IMG/VR virus record: IMGVR_UViG_2541047840_000001
Reading direction: 5' to 3' (one strand)
Origin: a virus
Lineage: Duplodnaviria > Heunggongvirae > Uroviricota > Caudoviricetes
Length of the DNA stretch: 46,824 nt
Numbering within the stretch: the first letter of the stretch is position 1; every line of letters starts with the position of its first letter. A program made the position numbers and the translations under genes. Positions 18,918-27,051 of the stretch are shown in pieces. The notes under the pieces were generated by a model that was not told the origin of the DNA, ran no database searches, and was given only the letters and a program-made list of their open reading frames with translations.

Positions 18918-19040
18918 ATGAAAAAATACTGTATGTGTATTTTTATCGTTGTTACTGGGGCTTTGTTTACGCCACATGGGGAGGGTTGGAAGATTACTGA
19001 TAACGCTCTGAATGTGACGATAAACATTAGCAGCAAGTAG
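18918..19040 (+). CDS. Candidate small hydrophobic peptide (40 aa)
   Basis: ATG 18918 with AAGG RBS inside a short hairpin; translation MKKYCMCIFIVVTGALFTPHGEGWKITDNALNVTINISSK; strong terminator immediately downstream. Confidence 0.3.
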   Translation: MKKYCMCIFIVVTGALFTPHGEGWKITDNALNVTINISSK

Positions 19041-19045
19041 CGATT

Positions 19046-19068
19046 AGGCCCCTTCGGGGGCCTTTTTT
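19046..19068 (+). terminator. Rho-independent terminator
   Basis: AGGCCCC-TTCG-GGGGCCT followed by TTTTTT. Confidence 0.65.
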
Positions 19069-19290
19069 ATGGTTGAATTTAAACGCTGGAGCGCATTAAA
19101 CCTTTCAGAACTGCTTCACGTACCCATTCTGGCCTGGTAGATAGCAGGGCAAATAAGCAACCAGCTTGCAGCCGTTTGAGGTCGGTTAGACGAGTTTTCA
19201 GTAACCGTGTATATTGTTGCTCGGACATAACAAATTCCCCTTGTTGTGTCGCGACGGCCAACAGTTGGCGCTGGAGGCCGTCACCTTCTC

Positions 19291-19539
19291 TTACTTCTGG
19301 TTGTATTGAGCCTTGAGTAACTCAAAAGATTTTGTCAGCACTTCTTTCAATGACATATCCATTGAGCTGGCGAACGTTTTGTACTCGCGTTTAAATTCAG
19401 GGTCGACGTTAAACGCCATTTGTGCCCCACCTGATTTGGTTCTGGTCGGCGTTTCAGTCGGGTCGAAAACCTGCGGTTGTTCGATTGATGGCGGTACGCC
19501 TTTGCTGTTCTTTTTCGGTGGTTTTGATGGTGCGGCCAT
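19291..19539 (-). CDS. ParG-like ribbon-helix-helix partition protein
   Basis: 82 aa, disordered N-terminus then FNVDPEFKREYKTFASSMDMSLKEVL, resembling the ParG RHH region as recalled; directly downstream of parA-like gene. Confidence 0.6.
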   Translation of the reverse strand: MAAPSKPPKKNSKGVPPSIEQPQVFDPTETPTRTKSGGAQMAFNVDPEFKREYKTFASSMDMSLKEVLTKSFELLKAQYNQK

Positions 19540-19549
19540 GTGTATCCCC

Positions 19550-19584
19550 TTTTATATAAATCTATAAAACTATAATTATATATT
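19550..19584. repeat. AT-rich dispersed motif copy (TTTTATATAAATCTATAA...TATAATTATATA)
   Basis: Shares TATAAATCTATA and TATAATTATATA cores with other copies; lies between parA stop and parG start. Confidence 0.6.
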
Positions 19585-20236
19585 ACGCGGCAGTAGTCAG
19601 AGCCTCAAGCTGATTGATAATCCCCTGGATAACATCGTCTGCCTTTTTGCGTGGCGCAACGTATGAGCACTCAATGAGGCTTAAGCCCTTATCCTGAGCT
19701 TTGCTCAGAGCTGGCTTGTGGGGAATGTACTTATCGACAACAAAGTATGGCGTATTAGCCAGGTACTCTTGGGCTTCAATATAGTCAGCTTCGTTTTCAG
19801 CCGCGCCGGAAAACACCATGCAAATTTTCTTGATTGGTACACCCTTTTTAACGATGCCGTGAGCTGTGTTAACGGTGGTTTCCAGGTCATCGGTAGAGAA
19901 TCTGGTTGGCAAAATAACCATATCCAGAAATTCAGAGAGCTTCGGTACTGATTCAGATGCGTAGGCACCGCCATCGACGATAACCAAGTCGTATACTTCT
20001 GATTCGATGATTTTCTGGACTTGTGATGGTGTGCCGCACGGCTGCGCCGCGATTGCTGGTTCGATATTGTTGGCCATTCTGCGTTGTACCCAACGCGTTA
20101 CCGTTCCGTTAAGCACATCCATATCGATCAGGCATACATTCCAGCCAGCCTTTGCATAAGCAACTGCTAAAGCACGGGCAATTGTTGATTTGGTTACGCC
20201 GCCTTTTCCGTTGAAAATACCTACAGAGATAGTCAT
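19583..20236 (-). CDS. ParA/ParF-family partition ATPase
   Basis: Deviant Walker A GKGGVTKST near N-terminus; probable start at second ATG (20236) with GGAG RBS; track ORF extends to 20251. Confidence 0.85.
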   Translation of the reverse strand: MTISVGIFNGKGGVTKSTIARALAVAYAKAGWNVCLIDMDVLNGTVTRWVQRRMANNIEPAIAAQPCGTPSQVQKIIESEVYDLVIVDGGAYASESVPKLSEFLDMVILPTRFSTDDLETTVNTAHGIVKKGVPIKKICMVFSGAAENEADYIEAQEYLANTPYFVVDKYIPHKPALSKAQDKGLSLIECSYVAPRKKADDVIQGIINQLEALTTAA

Positions 20237-20257
20237 TTGTCGAGACTCCATGTGTTT

Positions 20258-20290
20258 GATTATATAATTCTATAAATCTATATTTATAGA
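20258..20290. repeat. AT-rich dispersed motif copy upstream of parA
   Basis: GATTATATAATTCTATAAATCTATATTTATAGA. Confidence 0.6.
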
Positions 20291-20330
20291 ACGAGGTAAG
20301 CATAACCAACTTTTTGGCGGATGAAAAGCG

Positions 20331-20365
20331 TTTTATATAATTATATAAATCTATAATCATATAAG
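20331..20365. repeat. AT-rich dispersed motif copy upstream of parA
   Basis: TTTTATATAATTATATAAATCTATAATCATATAAG, followed by hairpin GCGGGC-GTTA-GCCCGC (20365-20380). Confidence 0.6.
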
Positions 20366-20386
20366 CGGGCGTTAGCCCGCTTGCAG

Positions 20387-20761
20387 TCAGAGGTCAGCTA
20401 TCGTTGATATCAGTTGATTTGCTAGCTGTCGCTGTTTACGTGAGAGGGTTAGAGCAGCTTCTGAGCGGTCGCTAAGAGGGGTGTTTTCATCGAGAATCAT
20501 GAGGCATACAGAAATAATAGCTCTGTTATATGCCATCAATGGCTGGCACAGCTTCGATACCGCTGGCACATCGTATTGTAAGGCCGTTTTGAGGCAGATT
20601 TTTTGTTCTGATGCCAGATGAAGGATAGATTCTATCCAGTCGATATCTTTCTCATTATCAATGATTTGGCATAACATACACTCAATCGCTATGTTCAACG
20701 CTTGGATTTCGATTCCAGCAGTGATCAGAGTTTCGTTTTTATTGGCTGTATGTAATTCCAT
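20387..20761 (-). CDS. Hypothetical protein encoded immediately downstream of the repressor gene
   Basis: 124 aa ORF; operator-like palindrome at 20797-20811 between it and the repressor gene. Confidence 0.5.
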   Translation of the reverse strand: MELHTANKNETLITAGIEIQALNIAIECMLCQIIDNEKDIDWIESILHLASEQKICLKTALQYDVPAVSKLCQPLMAYNRAIISVCLMILDENTPLSDRSEAALTLSRKQRQLANQLISTIADL

Positions 20762-20796
20762 GCGTAGCCTCTTTTATACTTTCACATGTTGTCAAA

Positions 20797-20811
20797 ACCA
20801 CAAAGCGTGGT
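20797..20811. promoter_or_regulatory. ACCAC-N5-GTGGT palindrome (repressor operator-like; also a terminator-like hairpin with T7 on plus strand)
   Basis: ACCACAAAGCGTGGT followed by TTTTTTT; same half-site consensus as palindromes in the cI-cro intergenic region. Confidence 0.45.
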
Positions 20812-20853
20812 TTTTTTGAGCGTAGAAATGCACGGCTTTCGCCGTGCTGTGTA

Positions 20854-21510
20854 TCATAACCAGTTGACAACACTAACTACGCGGCCCAGAACTTTATAAC
20901 GCTTAAATTCCTCGTTATTCAGATGCTTAGTGTTCATTTCAGCATCCCTTTCGGTTGACAGCATAACAGCATTGTCACCCGGTATGACTCTACAGTGCCT
21001 CAAAACAACCAGGCCATTTCTGTCTTCAAGGGCATAGATCCCCTCATGAATCTCTGTATCGTCTGTATCAATCAGGACTTGGGAGCCAGGGGATATTGTT
21101 GGTGACATTAACTCATCGTTGCTCTGGAGAACTGACAGAGACGATGGGTTGATGTTCTTGCTTCGTAGAATCTCCTGTTCTATCGCCAGCACTGGCTTTT
21201 CTCCGGCGTGCGATGCTATGTCATTTTTTATAGCTACAAGCCCAGGAATAACAGGAGCGTTAGTATTCTGGGGTGGGAACGGGTTATCTGTTAAGCACGC
21301 GATATAAGGCGCTGATGCTTTCAGGGCGTGCGCGATTTTCTTGATGGCAGGTATAGATGGTTGTCTTAATCCGGCCTCATAGTTCTGCAAGGTGCTTAAG
21401 CCTATTCCAGTGACTTGCTGGAGATCTCCGGCAGTCATGCCGGATTGTTTCCGTAGAGTCTGAATGCGCAGACCTATTTCTTTCTTGATGTTCTCGTCGT
21501 TGCTTTTCAT
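20854..21510 (-). CDS. CI-like prophage repressor (N-terminal HTH, C-terminal S24/LexA-like peptidase)
   Basis: 218 aa; N-terminal HTH-like segment; C-terminal half consistent with an S24 autoproteolytic domain; divergent from a Cro-like gene. Confidence 0.8.
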   Translation of the reverse strand: MKSNDENIKKEIGLRIQTLRKQSGMTAGDLQQVTGIGLSTLQNYEAGLRQPSIPAIKKIAHALKASAPYIACLTDNPFPPQNTNAPVIPGLVAIKNDIASHAGEKPVLAIEQEILRSKNINPSSLSVLQSNDELMSPTISPGSQVLIDTDDTEIHEGIYALEDRNGLVVLRHCRVIPGDNAVMLSTERDAEMNTKHLNNEEFKRYKVLGRVVSVVNWL

Positions 21511-21547
21511 GTCTCATCAATCGTGAATGGTGGGTTATTTATACATT

Positions 21548-21562
21548 ACCACATTTAGTGGT
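21548..21562. promoter_or_regulatory. Operator-like palindrome ACCAC-ATTTA-GTGGT
   Basis: Perfect 5-bp arms, in divergent promoter region between repressor and cro-like genes. Confidence 0.5.
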
Positions 21563-21650
21563 TTTCACATGGTAAGACGAGAGGTGGACCACAAATAGAA
21601 GGTTATTTTTTGTTTTGCCCATTGAAAAACTCACGATATGTGGTTTTAAT

Positions 21651-21665
21651 ACCACATATCGTGGT
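21651..21665. promoter_or_regulatory. Operator-like palindrome ACCAC-ATATC-GTGGT
   Basis: Perfect 5-bp arms; a related palindromic sequence CACGATATGTGG lies at 21632-21643. Confidence 0.5.
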
Positions 21666-21684
21666 TTTAACTGGAGTTCGTTAA

Positions 21685-22179
21685 ATGACCTTTCAGGAGT
21701 GGGTTGACGAAAATGGAGGCCAAATTGGTGTTGCCAGAAAGTTTGGCTTTACGTCATCACTGATTGGTGCCTGGTATCGCTTCGAGAGATTCCCTCGTGC
21801 GGATAACCTGACGCTGCTGGTGGCGTATTCGGAAGGCCGGATTAACGTCCAGCAATGGGCGGCAGATTTTGCCGAACGTCAGCGCCAGCGTAGCGATGGC
21901 ACATCGGTTCGGCAGAACAAGATCAAAGGGAATCTCCCTGTTAACTGCTTATCAAGGCTGAAAGCGGTTTTCTCTGAGTTGGGGATGCCTGCGGAGCGTT
22001 GCAATCTACGCGGTCCGCGATTCATTGCTCGCTGGAAACACTCACACGTAACCGTTTCAGAGGTTCGTGATGCGATTACCGTGCTGGAGCTTAAGAATAA
22101 AGATTCCAGCGATATCGAGCTGATTCATAAGGAGATTAGCAACGCCCGGCGTTCAGCACTTGGGAGGCTTGAGGAATGA
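21685..22179 (+). CDS. Early regulator, Cro/YdaS-like N-terminal HTH with C-terminal extension (tentative)
   Basis: 164 aa, first gene transcribed divergently from repressor; CTGGAG RBS. Confidence 0.5.
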   Translation: MTFQEWVDENGGQIGVARKFGFTSSLIGAWYRFERFPRADNLTLLVAYSEGRINVQQWAADFAERQRQRSDGTSVRQNKIKGNLPVNCLSRLKAVFSELGMPAERCNLRGPRFIARWKHSHVTVSEVRDAITVLELKNKDSSDIELIHKEISNARRSALGRLEE

Positions 22180-22691
22180 TGATTCTGGCCTTCTTTGGTG
22201 ATAATCACCAGATTCAATCGAAGGTGGTGCATTACCTTGATCAAACGATTAAAGGATTTGCTATCGATCATATTGATAACGATAGCAAACATCTATCTGT
22301 AGATCAGAAAATTGGACGTGTGCAGCGACTGGTTGCCAGCCGTAACAGACGTGACACCGTAACAGTAGTCACGGGGATAACGGAGGTCATGGAGTACCAG
22401 ATGTTGCTGCATCGTGGAGCTGTTTTCTGCGTTCTTCCTGGCATTCTGCCAGCAATTCTTGCTCGTGGTTTTGTCCCTATTGATGAGTCGTTTTTATATG
22501 TAACCCCAAGCCGTTCCCTTCTGGATACGGAGGCGAAGCGTCGCATTTATATGATGCCGGACGAGGCATTTTCTGAATGTTACCGCCGTGAAATGAGGTT
22601 GGGTAAACGAGAAGTGTCTGTTGTTCGTGATGGCAGGTTTTTAAGAAGCCGCACGGTGAAAAGCACCAGAAATGACGGGGGCCATCAATGA
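22176..22691 (+). CDS. Hypothetical early-region protein
   Basis: 171 aa ORF coupled to flanking genes. Confidence 0.5.
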   Translation: MMILAFFGDNHQIQSKVVHYLDQTIKGFAIDHIDNDSKHLSVDQKIGRVQRLVASRNRRDTVTVVTGITEVMEYQMLLHRGAVFCVLPGILPAILARGFVPIDESFLYVTPSRSLLDTEAKRRIYMMPDEAFSECYRREMRLGKREVSVVRDGRFLRSRTVKSTRNDGGHQ

Positions 22692-22921
22692 GTAGTTATG
22701 TTCGCGGTGCTGCGATGCATTGCCAGAATCCCCAATTCTGGCGCTTTCTGACCAGTAAAACAGGGAAGAACGTTTCAAACAGTTCTGAGGCCTCTGTGAT
22801 TCTGCGTGAGTTTTGCGGGATCTCATCCCGTAAAGAGCTGGCAAAGAACTACGCGGCCAGAAGCATGTATGTCCAGTTAATCAACGAGTTCAACCTCTTT
22901 ATCAATGGTAAGGGGCGCTGA
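22688..22921 (+). CDS. Hypothetical early-region protein
   Basis: 77 aa ORF, overlapping stops/starts with neighbours. Confidence 0.4.
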   Translation: MSSYVRGAAMHCQNPQFWRFLTSKTGKNVSNSSEASVILREFCGISSRKELAKNYAARSMYVQLINEFNLFINGKGR

Positions 22922-23325
22922 TGAACGGACGTACACCAACGAAGAAAGAGAAACTTTATATACAAGCGGTGCTCACTCACGTGGGTTGCATAGCTTGCAT
23001 TATTGATGGCCGTGAAATTGAGAATCCAGAGCTGTGGACGGAGCTACATCACGATCCTGATTACGGCAGCGTTGATGAGAATTGCCACTTCCATAGCTTT
23101 GGGTTGTGCGCACCACATCATCGCGGTGTTGTGCCTGGTGGTGGGCGCGTGCCTCCGCATATTGCCGTTCGTCACCCTCCCCTGAGTAATTGTGCTCGCT
23201 TTGTTGAGCGTTATGGCACCGATGAATTTTTGTGTGCGCAGACGTGGGAGCTGTTGCCGCAGTCAGTTAAAGACGAAATTGGGTTTGATCTTAGTCTTGG
23301 TGAAGTACCAGGGGATACCAAATGA
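22921..23325 (+). CDS. Cys/His-rich putative HNH-type nuclease (Ref-like, tentative)
   Basis: 134 aa with CIAC and HH...CHFH...HH motifs suggesting a zinc-binding HNH-like fold. Confidence 0.45.
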   Translation: MNGRTPTKKEKLYIQAVLTHVGCIACIIDGREIENPELWTELHHDPDYGSVDENCHFHSFGLCAPHHRGVVPGGGRVPPHIAVRHPPLSNCARFVERYGTDEFLCAQTWELLPQSVKDEIGFDLSLGEVPGDTK

Positions 23326-23654
23326 GATATACCGGCTTTCGCAAACCAGCGACCAGGAAAAGCAAATACGGCAATAAAAAAACTGTTGTCGATGATATCT
23401 CTTTTGATAGCAAAAAAGAGGCTGATTACTACTGCGAACTGAAGCTACTGAGAAAAGCTGGCCGCGTTGTGACGTTTCTTATGCAGGTGCCTTTTCATCT
23501 GCCAGGTGGTGTCGTTTATAAACTTGATTTCATGGTGTTTTATGACGATGGGACGATTGATTGTGTCGACACTAAAGGTGTGCGAACAGACGTCTACATC
23601 ATGAAGAAAAAGCAGGTAGAGGCGCTTTATCCCGTCACGATACGGGAGATCTGA
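23322..23654 (+). CDS. DUF1064-like phage protein (tentative)
   Basis: 110 aa; N-terminal KYGNKKTVVDDISFDSKKEADYY pattern recalled from DUF1064 family phage proteins. Confidence 0.55.
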   Translation: MRYTGFRKPATRKSKYGNKKTVVDDISFDSKKEADYYCELKLLRKAGRVVTFLMQVPFHLPGGVVYKLDFMVFYDDGTIDCVDTKGVRTDVYIMKKKQVEALYPVTIREI

Positions 23655-23657
23655 ACA

Positions 23658-24035
23658 GTGAGACGCGATCTGGATAGCTTGTTTGAGCTATGGGCGCTGT
23701 GGGTGCGCAATGGCTGCAACGCCCGTAGCGGTTTCGCGTCGATGTTAGAAATGATGATGGTTACGCGCTGCCAGTTTACCGGAGGGGGCGGCGCACCAAA
23801 TGACTCACTGGAAACCAGTATCGAGGGAGCGGTGACGGCCCTCACGGTAGTTGATGAGACTGCGGCGCTGGTTGTCCGAATTGAATACGGGGCGTGGGAG
23901 ATTCGGGGCCTCGACATAAATGCACCGCATATTGATAAAGCCCACGCCCTTTCTCTTAGTCTCAGACAGTATCGCCGGAAGCTGGCAAAAGCCAGGGCGT
24001 ATGTTGTCGACTATTTGAAAAAGCGAAGAGAGTAA
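23658..24035 (+). CDS. Putative late-gene antiterminator (Q-like, tentative)
   Basis: 125 aa, last gene of early region immediately before the duplicated module and late-region genes; weak resemblance to small Q-family proteins. Confidence 0.4.
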   Translation: MRRDLDSLFELWALWVRNGCNARSGFASMLEMMMVTRCQFTGGGGAPNDSLETSIEGAVTALTVVDETAALVVRIEYGAWEIRGLDINAPHIDKAHALSLSLRQYRRKLAKARAYVVDYLKKRRE

Positions 24036-24096
24036 AAGTGTCATTTTGAGCTGTTTTGATGGTGTGTAGATATCGGGAACATCGAAAATCTATAAA

Positions 24097-24198
24097 TATA
24101 TAATTATAGATTTATATAAAAAGTGCTTTACAGGTGGGAAAAAATTTCCTAAGGTTATACCCGAAACCGAGCGATACCCGCCCTGGTTAAACCGGAGA
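24097..24198 (+). repeat. 102-bp regulatory module, copy B
   Basis: One mismatch to 15157-15258; ends 7 nt before ATG of 24205. Confidence 0.85.
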
Positions 24199-24204
24199 AA
24201 TCTG

Positions 24205-25272
24205 ATGAATAAACAAGTAATTATTTCTGACTGGATCAACAACCCTAACAGCCTGTTAAGCACTGATACTGGCTACCTATTACGCCATGTTAATGGTCGT
24301 ATGGTCAAAAGCGATGAGCACGAAACCTTTTTCTTTGTTGAAGATGATGGGCGTATCTATGAGGATGGTTACTCTTATGAAGCCCAAACTGGTTGTATCC
24401 CTGCGGAGCTGGTGGACGTAACAGAAGATCTGCGCAAAGCATGGCTTGAACAGCAGCAGCGCGGAGATGATTACGTAAACACCTATCAGGAACGCCAGAA
24501 CGCGCGTCTTGCCCGATATATTGCTCGTGCAGAAAAAGCCAGAAAAGAAGGTGCGGTAGCGCATAAGCGAGCGCATGACCTGTTGGATGTGATCCCGTTA
24601 GGCCAGCCGATTTTAGTTGACCATTATAGCGCGAAAGGCCATCGCCGCCGTTTGTCTAAAGCTGATGCGTTATTAAGAAAAGCGTTTGTTGAATGCGAAA
24701 GTAAAGCATCACACTACGAGAGCAAAGCCGCAGGTGTTGGTCGTAATGGAATTTCGTCTGATGATCCTGATGCGCTATTTAAGTTGCTTCGTAAGCTGCA
24801 AGGCTGCATGAAGTCACACGTCAAAATGAAGGCCGCAAATAAGGCCATTCGCAAATACAAAAAAGACCAATTACAGCAGCTTTCTGCATTAATCGATCTC
24901 AGGTTTACAGAAAGCGAAGCCAAAGAGTTACTGGCCGGAGATTTCTGTGGGCGCATCGGATTCCCTTCATACGTACTGAGCAACAATAACGCCGAGATCA
25001 AACGACTACAGAGCCGTATTAAGGAGCTTGAATCGGTCAAGTCTGTAACAGGAGCACAGCGCGAAGAATACGACGACTTTTCTATGGAGATAGATCCAGA
25101 GGATAACCGCATCCTGTTTTATTTCCCTGGCAAACCAGAGGCAAACATTCGTTCGCTGCTTAAATCACGCGCCTTTAAGTGGAGTCCAACCCGTAATGCA
25201 TGGATTCGCAAAATTACTCCAAATGCCCTGGCTGATGCCCGATATCTGAAAGAATCGCTATTGAAAGCCTGA
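24205..25272 (+). CDS. DUF3560-like protein (function unknown)
   Basis: 355 aa; C-terminal ILFYFPGKP...KWSPTRNAWIRK segment recalled from the DUF3560 family. Confidence 0.55.
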   Translation: MNKQVIISDWINNPNSLLSTDTGYLLRHVNGRMVKSDEHETFFFVEDDGRIYEDGYSYEAQTGCIPAELVDVTEDLRKAWLEQQQRGDDYVNTYQERQNARLARYIARAEKARKEGAVAHKRAHDLLDVIPLGQPILVDHYSAKGHRRRLSKADALLRKAFVECESKASHYESKAAGVGRNGISSDDPDALFKLLRKLQGCMKSHVKMKAANKAIRKYKKDQLQQLSALIDLRFTESEAKELLAGDFCGRIGFPSYVLSNNNAEIKRLQSRIKELESVKSVTGAQREEYDDFSMEIDPEDNRILFYFPGKPEANIRSLLKSRAFKWSPTRNAWIRKITPNALADARYLKESLLKA

Positions 25273-25283
25273 CAGTAAGCCTA

Positions 25284-25303
25284 CGGCGGGATGTCTCCCG
25301 CCG
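25284..25303 (+). terminator. Hairpin CGGCGGG-ATGTCT-CCCGCCG after DUF3560 gene
   Basis: 7-bp GC stem followed by TA-rich tract. Confidence 0.45.
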
Positions 25304-25338
25304 TATATAGAATTATATATTTATATAAATGTATAAGG
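25304..25338. repeat. AT-rich dispersed motif copy
   Basis: TATATAGAATTATATATTTATATAAATGTATAAGG. Confidence 0.55.
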
Positions 25339-25349
25339 ACGCCTCGACA

Positions 25350-25631
25350 ATGAAACGCAAAATTATTAACCCCCAAGATGTGATTAATTTCCTGACCGAT
25401 CACCCATGTTCAAAAGTGGACGTAATCGCGGAGCACATTGGTGTGTCGCAGAACTCTATGCGTTGCAGACTGAGAAGCATGGTTGCCGAAGGACAGATAA
25501 CAACCAGGAAAATAAATGGTTGCCTGTACTACTCCGCTAAACCGGAATTGCCATTTGGCATGAACCCTAACTCCATGTTGTTTAACACCTTATTAGCCAA
25601 AGTTAAGCCGTTGAGAGGGGCTGTGGCATGA
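25350..25631 (+). CDS. Small putative DNA-binding protein
   Basis: 93 aa from ATG 25350 (track ORF starts 25329). Confidence 0.45.
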   Translation: MKRKIINPQDVINFLTDHPCSKVDVIAEHIGVSQNSMRCRLRSMVAEGQITTRKINGCLYYSAKPELPFGMNPNSMLFNTLLAKVKPLRGAVA

Positions 25632-25993
25632 GCATCAAAACCCATACCGGAATAATCATCACCATTGATGGTGAGAAAAAAGTGAAGTTACGCGAAACGC
25701 CGACAACTTGGTGTGTTGGTCCGAAAGAAACATATCGCAAGGAAGATGGGCGCCGTTGTGGGTCGCCACTTTCCAGCCGTCGCCTCCTTTTGAGCACGAT
25801 AAAACCTATCGGGCAGGTTGAGCAACCAACGACTCCGGTAACGAAGATTTCAGACAAGAGTCTGGCAAATCTGATCGCAGATGCGGACAAGGTGCTGGAG
25901 CGGAACACCCCCGTTGCAGATGAGGAGTGGTGGCAGGATTTCCGAGCCGCAATGCTAGAGCTTCAGGAACGTCGTCGGGAGGAGTTGAAGTGA
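25628..25993 (+). CDS. Hypothetical protein
   Basis: 121 aa, coupled. Confidence 0.45.
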   Translation: MSIKTHTGIIITIDGEKKVKLRETPTTWCVGPKETYRKEDGRRCGSPLSSRRLLLSTIKPIGQVEQPTTPVTKISDKSLANLIADADKVLERNTPVADEEWWQDFRAAMLELQERRREELK

Positions 25994-26013
25994 GCAAGGT
26001 GAAAGAGCGCGGC

Positions 26014-26619
26014 ATGATTTTTAATGATGAGATGGTCCGAGCCATCCTCGAAGGCAGGAAGACGCAGACTCGTCGACCTGTAAAAAATGTCAGGGCCGAT
26101 AACTGCCTGGTTATCAGTAAACCGACAAAGAAACGCAATGGTGTCTATACCCACGTTATGGATGCACCTGAGCATGGCTTATGCCCGTTCGGTAACGTTG
26201 GTGATCGCATATGGGTACGTGAGACATTCAACGCTTTTTGGCTGGATGACGATGTTATTCAGGAAATCAAAGATGGTGTCTCTCTGGCTTCTGAACTGTG
26301 TGATTACAAGGCTGATTACTCAGATAGTAACAAGCCATCTGAGGGCTGGACCCCGTCAATTCACATGCCGAGATGGGCATCGCGAATTTTGCTGGAAATT
26401 ACCGACGTGCGTGTGGAGCGGCTGCATGACATGAGCGAGGCAGATGCCAAAGCGGAAGGCGCATCTCCGGCAACGTACAAGATTACGCCGCCGGAAGCTG
26501 TTTATCGTGTTGGTTTTGGTGATATCTGGCGCGGTATTTACGGGCAAGAGAACTGGCTATCTAACCCGTGGGTATGGGTAATTGAGTTTAAACGTATTCA
26601 GGGGGCAAACAGTGAGTAA
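26014..26619 (+). CDS. ASCH (PUA-like) domain protein (tentative)
   Basis: N-terminal MVRAILEGRKTQTRRP resembles the ASCH GRKTxTxR signature; start could instead be GTG 25990. Confidence 0.5.
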   Translation: MIFNDEMVRAILEGRKTQTRRPVKNVRADNCLVISKPTKKRNGVYTHVMDAPEHGLCPFGNVGDRIWVRETFNAFWLDDDVIQEIKDGVSLASELCDYKADYSDSNKPSEGWTPSIHMPRWASRILLEITDVRVERLHDMSEADAKAEGASPATYKITPPEAVYRVGFGDIWRGIYGQENWLSNPWVWVIEFKRIQGANSE

Positions 26620-26869
26620 TTCCGCACGGCTACAGCTTGGTTTTTCACCGCTATCAAAAACCATCGTGTTGGCCAAAATGCGCGATTTAGGTGACGGAAC
26701 AAAACGCCGTGTAGGCAATGATCGCGGTCGTGATGTAACCAACGAGGCCGCACAACTCGTTTGGCATCTTGTCATGGCAGAAGGCGGTGAAATCAATTGG
26801 GAGCTGGATGATGGTTCTCGCATGGTGTTAAGGGCAGAAAAGCAGGGGGCAAACGATGAAAAACCGTAA
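26582..26869 (+). CDS. Hypothetical protein
   Basis: ORF from track; true start uncertain. Confidence 0.35.
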   Translation: MSLNVFRGQTVSNSARLQLGFSPLSKTIVLAKMRDLGDGTKRRVGNDRGRDVTNEAAQLVWHLVMAEGGEINWELDDGSRMVLRAEKQGANDEKP

Positions 26870-27050
26870 AGCAAAGATTCTGTTAGTTCGTAGAAACGCT
26901 CCTGGCGTCTGGCAGTGGGTGAGACTCAGCAACCGACGGATGGGGTTAATGAAACATTACGGGATGATGGATTGTGGTTTTTGCAAAAAGCCCAGCGCGG
27001 CGCAAAACCGCTGGAAAAACCACTGTTATCTGCGCACTAAAGGAGAGTGA
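26856..27050 (+). CDS. Hypothetical small basic protein
   Basis: 64 aa ORF from track. Confidence 0.35.
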   Translation: MKNRKAKILLVRRNAPGVWQWVRLSNRRMGLMKHYGMMDCGFCKKPSAAQNRWKNHCYLRTKGE

Positions 27051-27051
27051 G

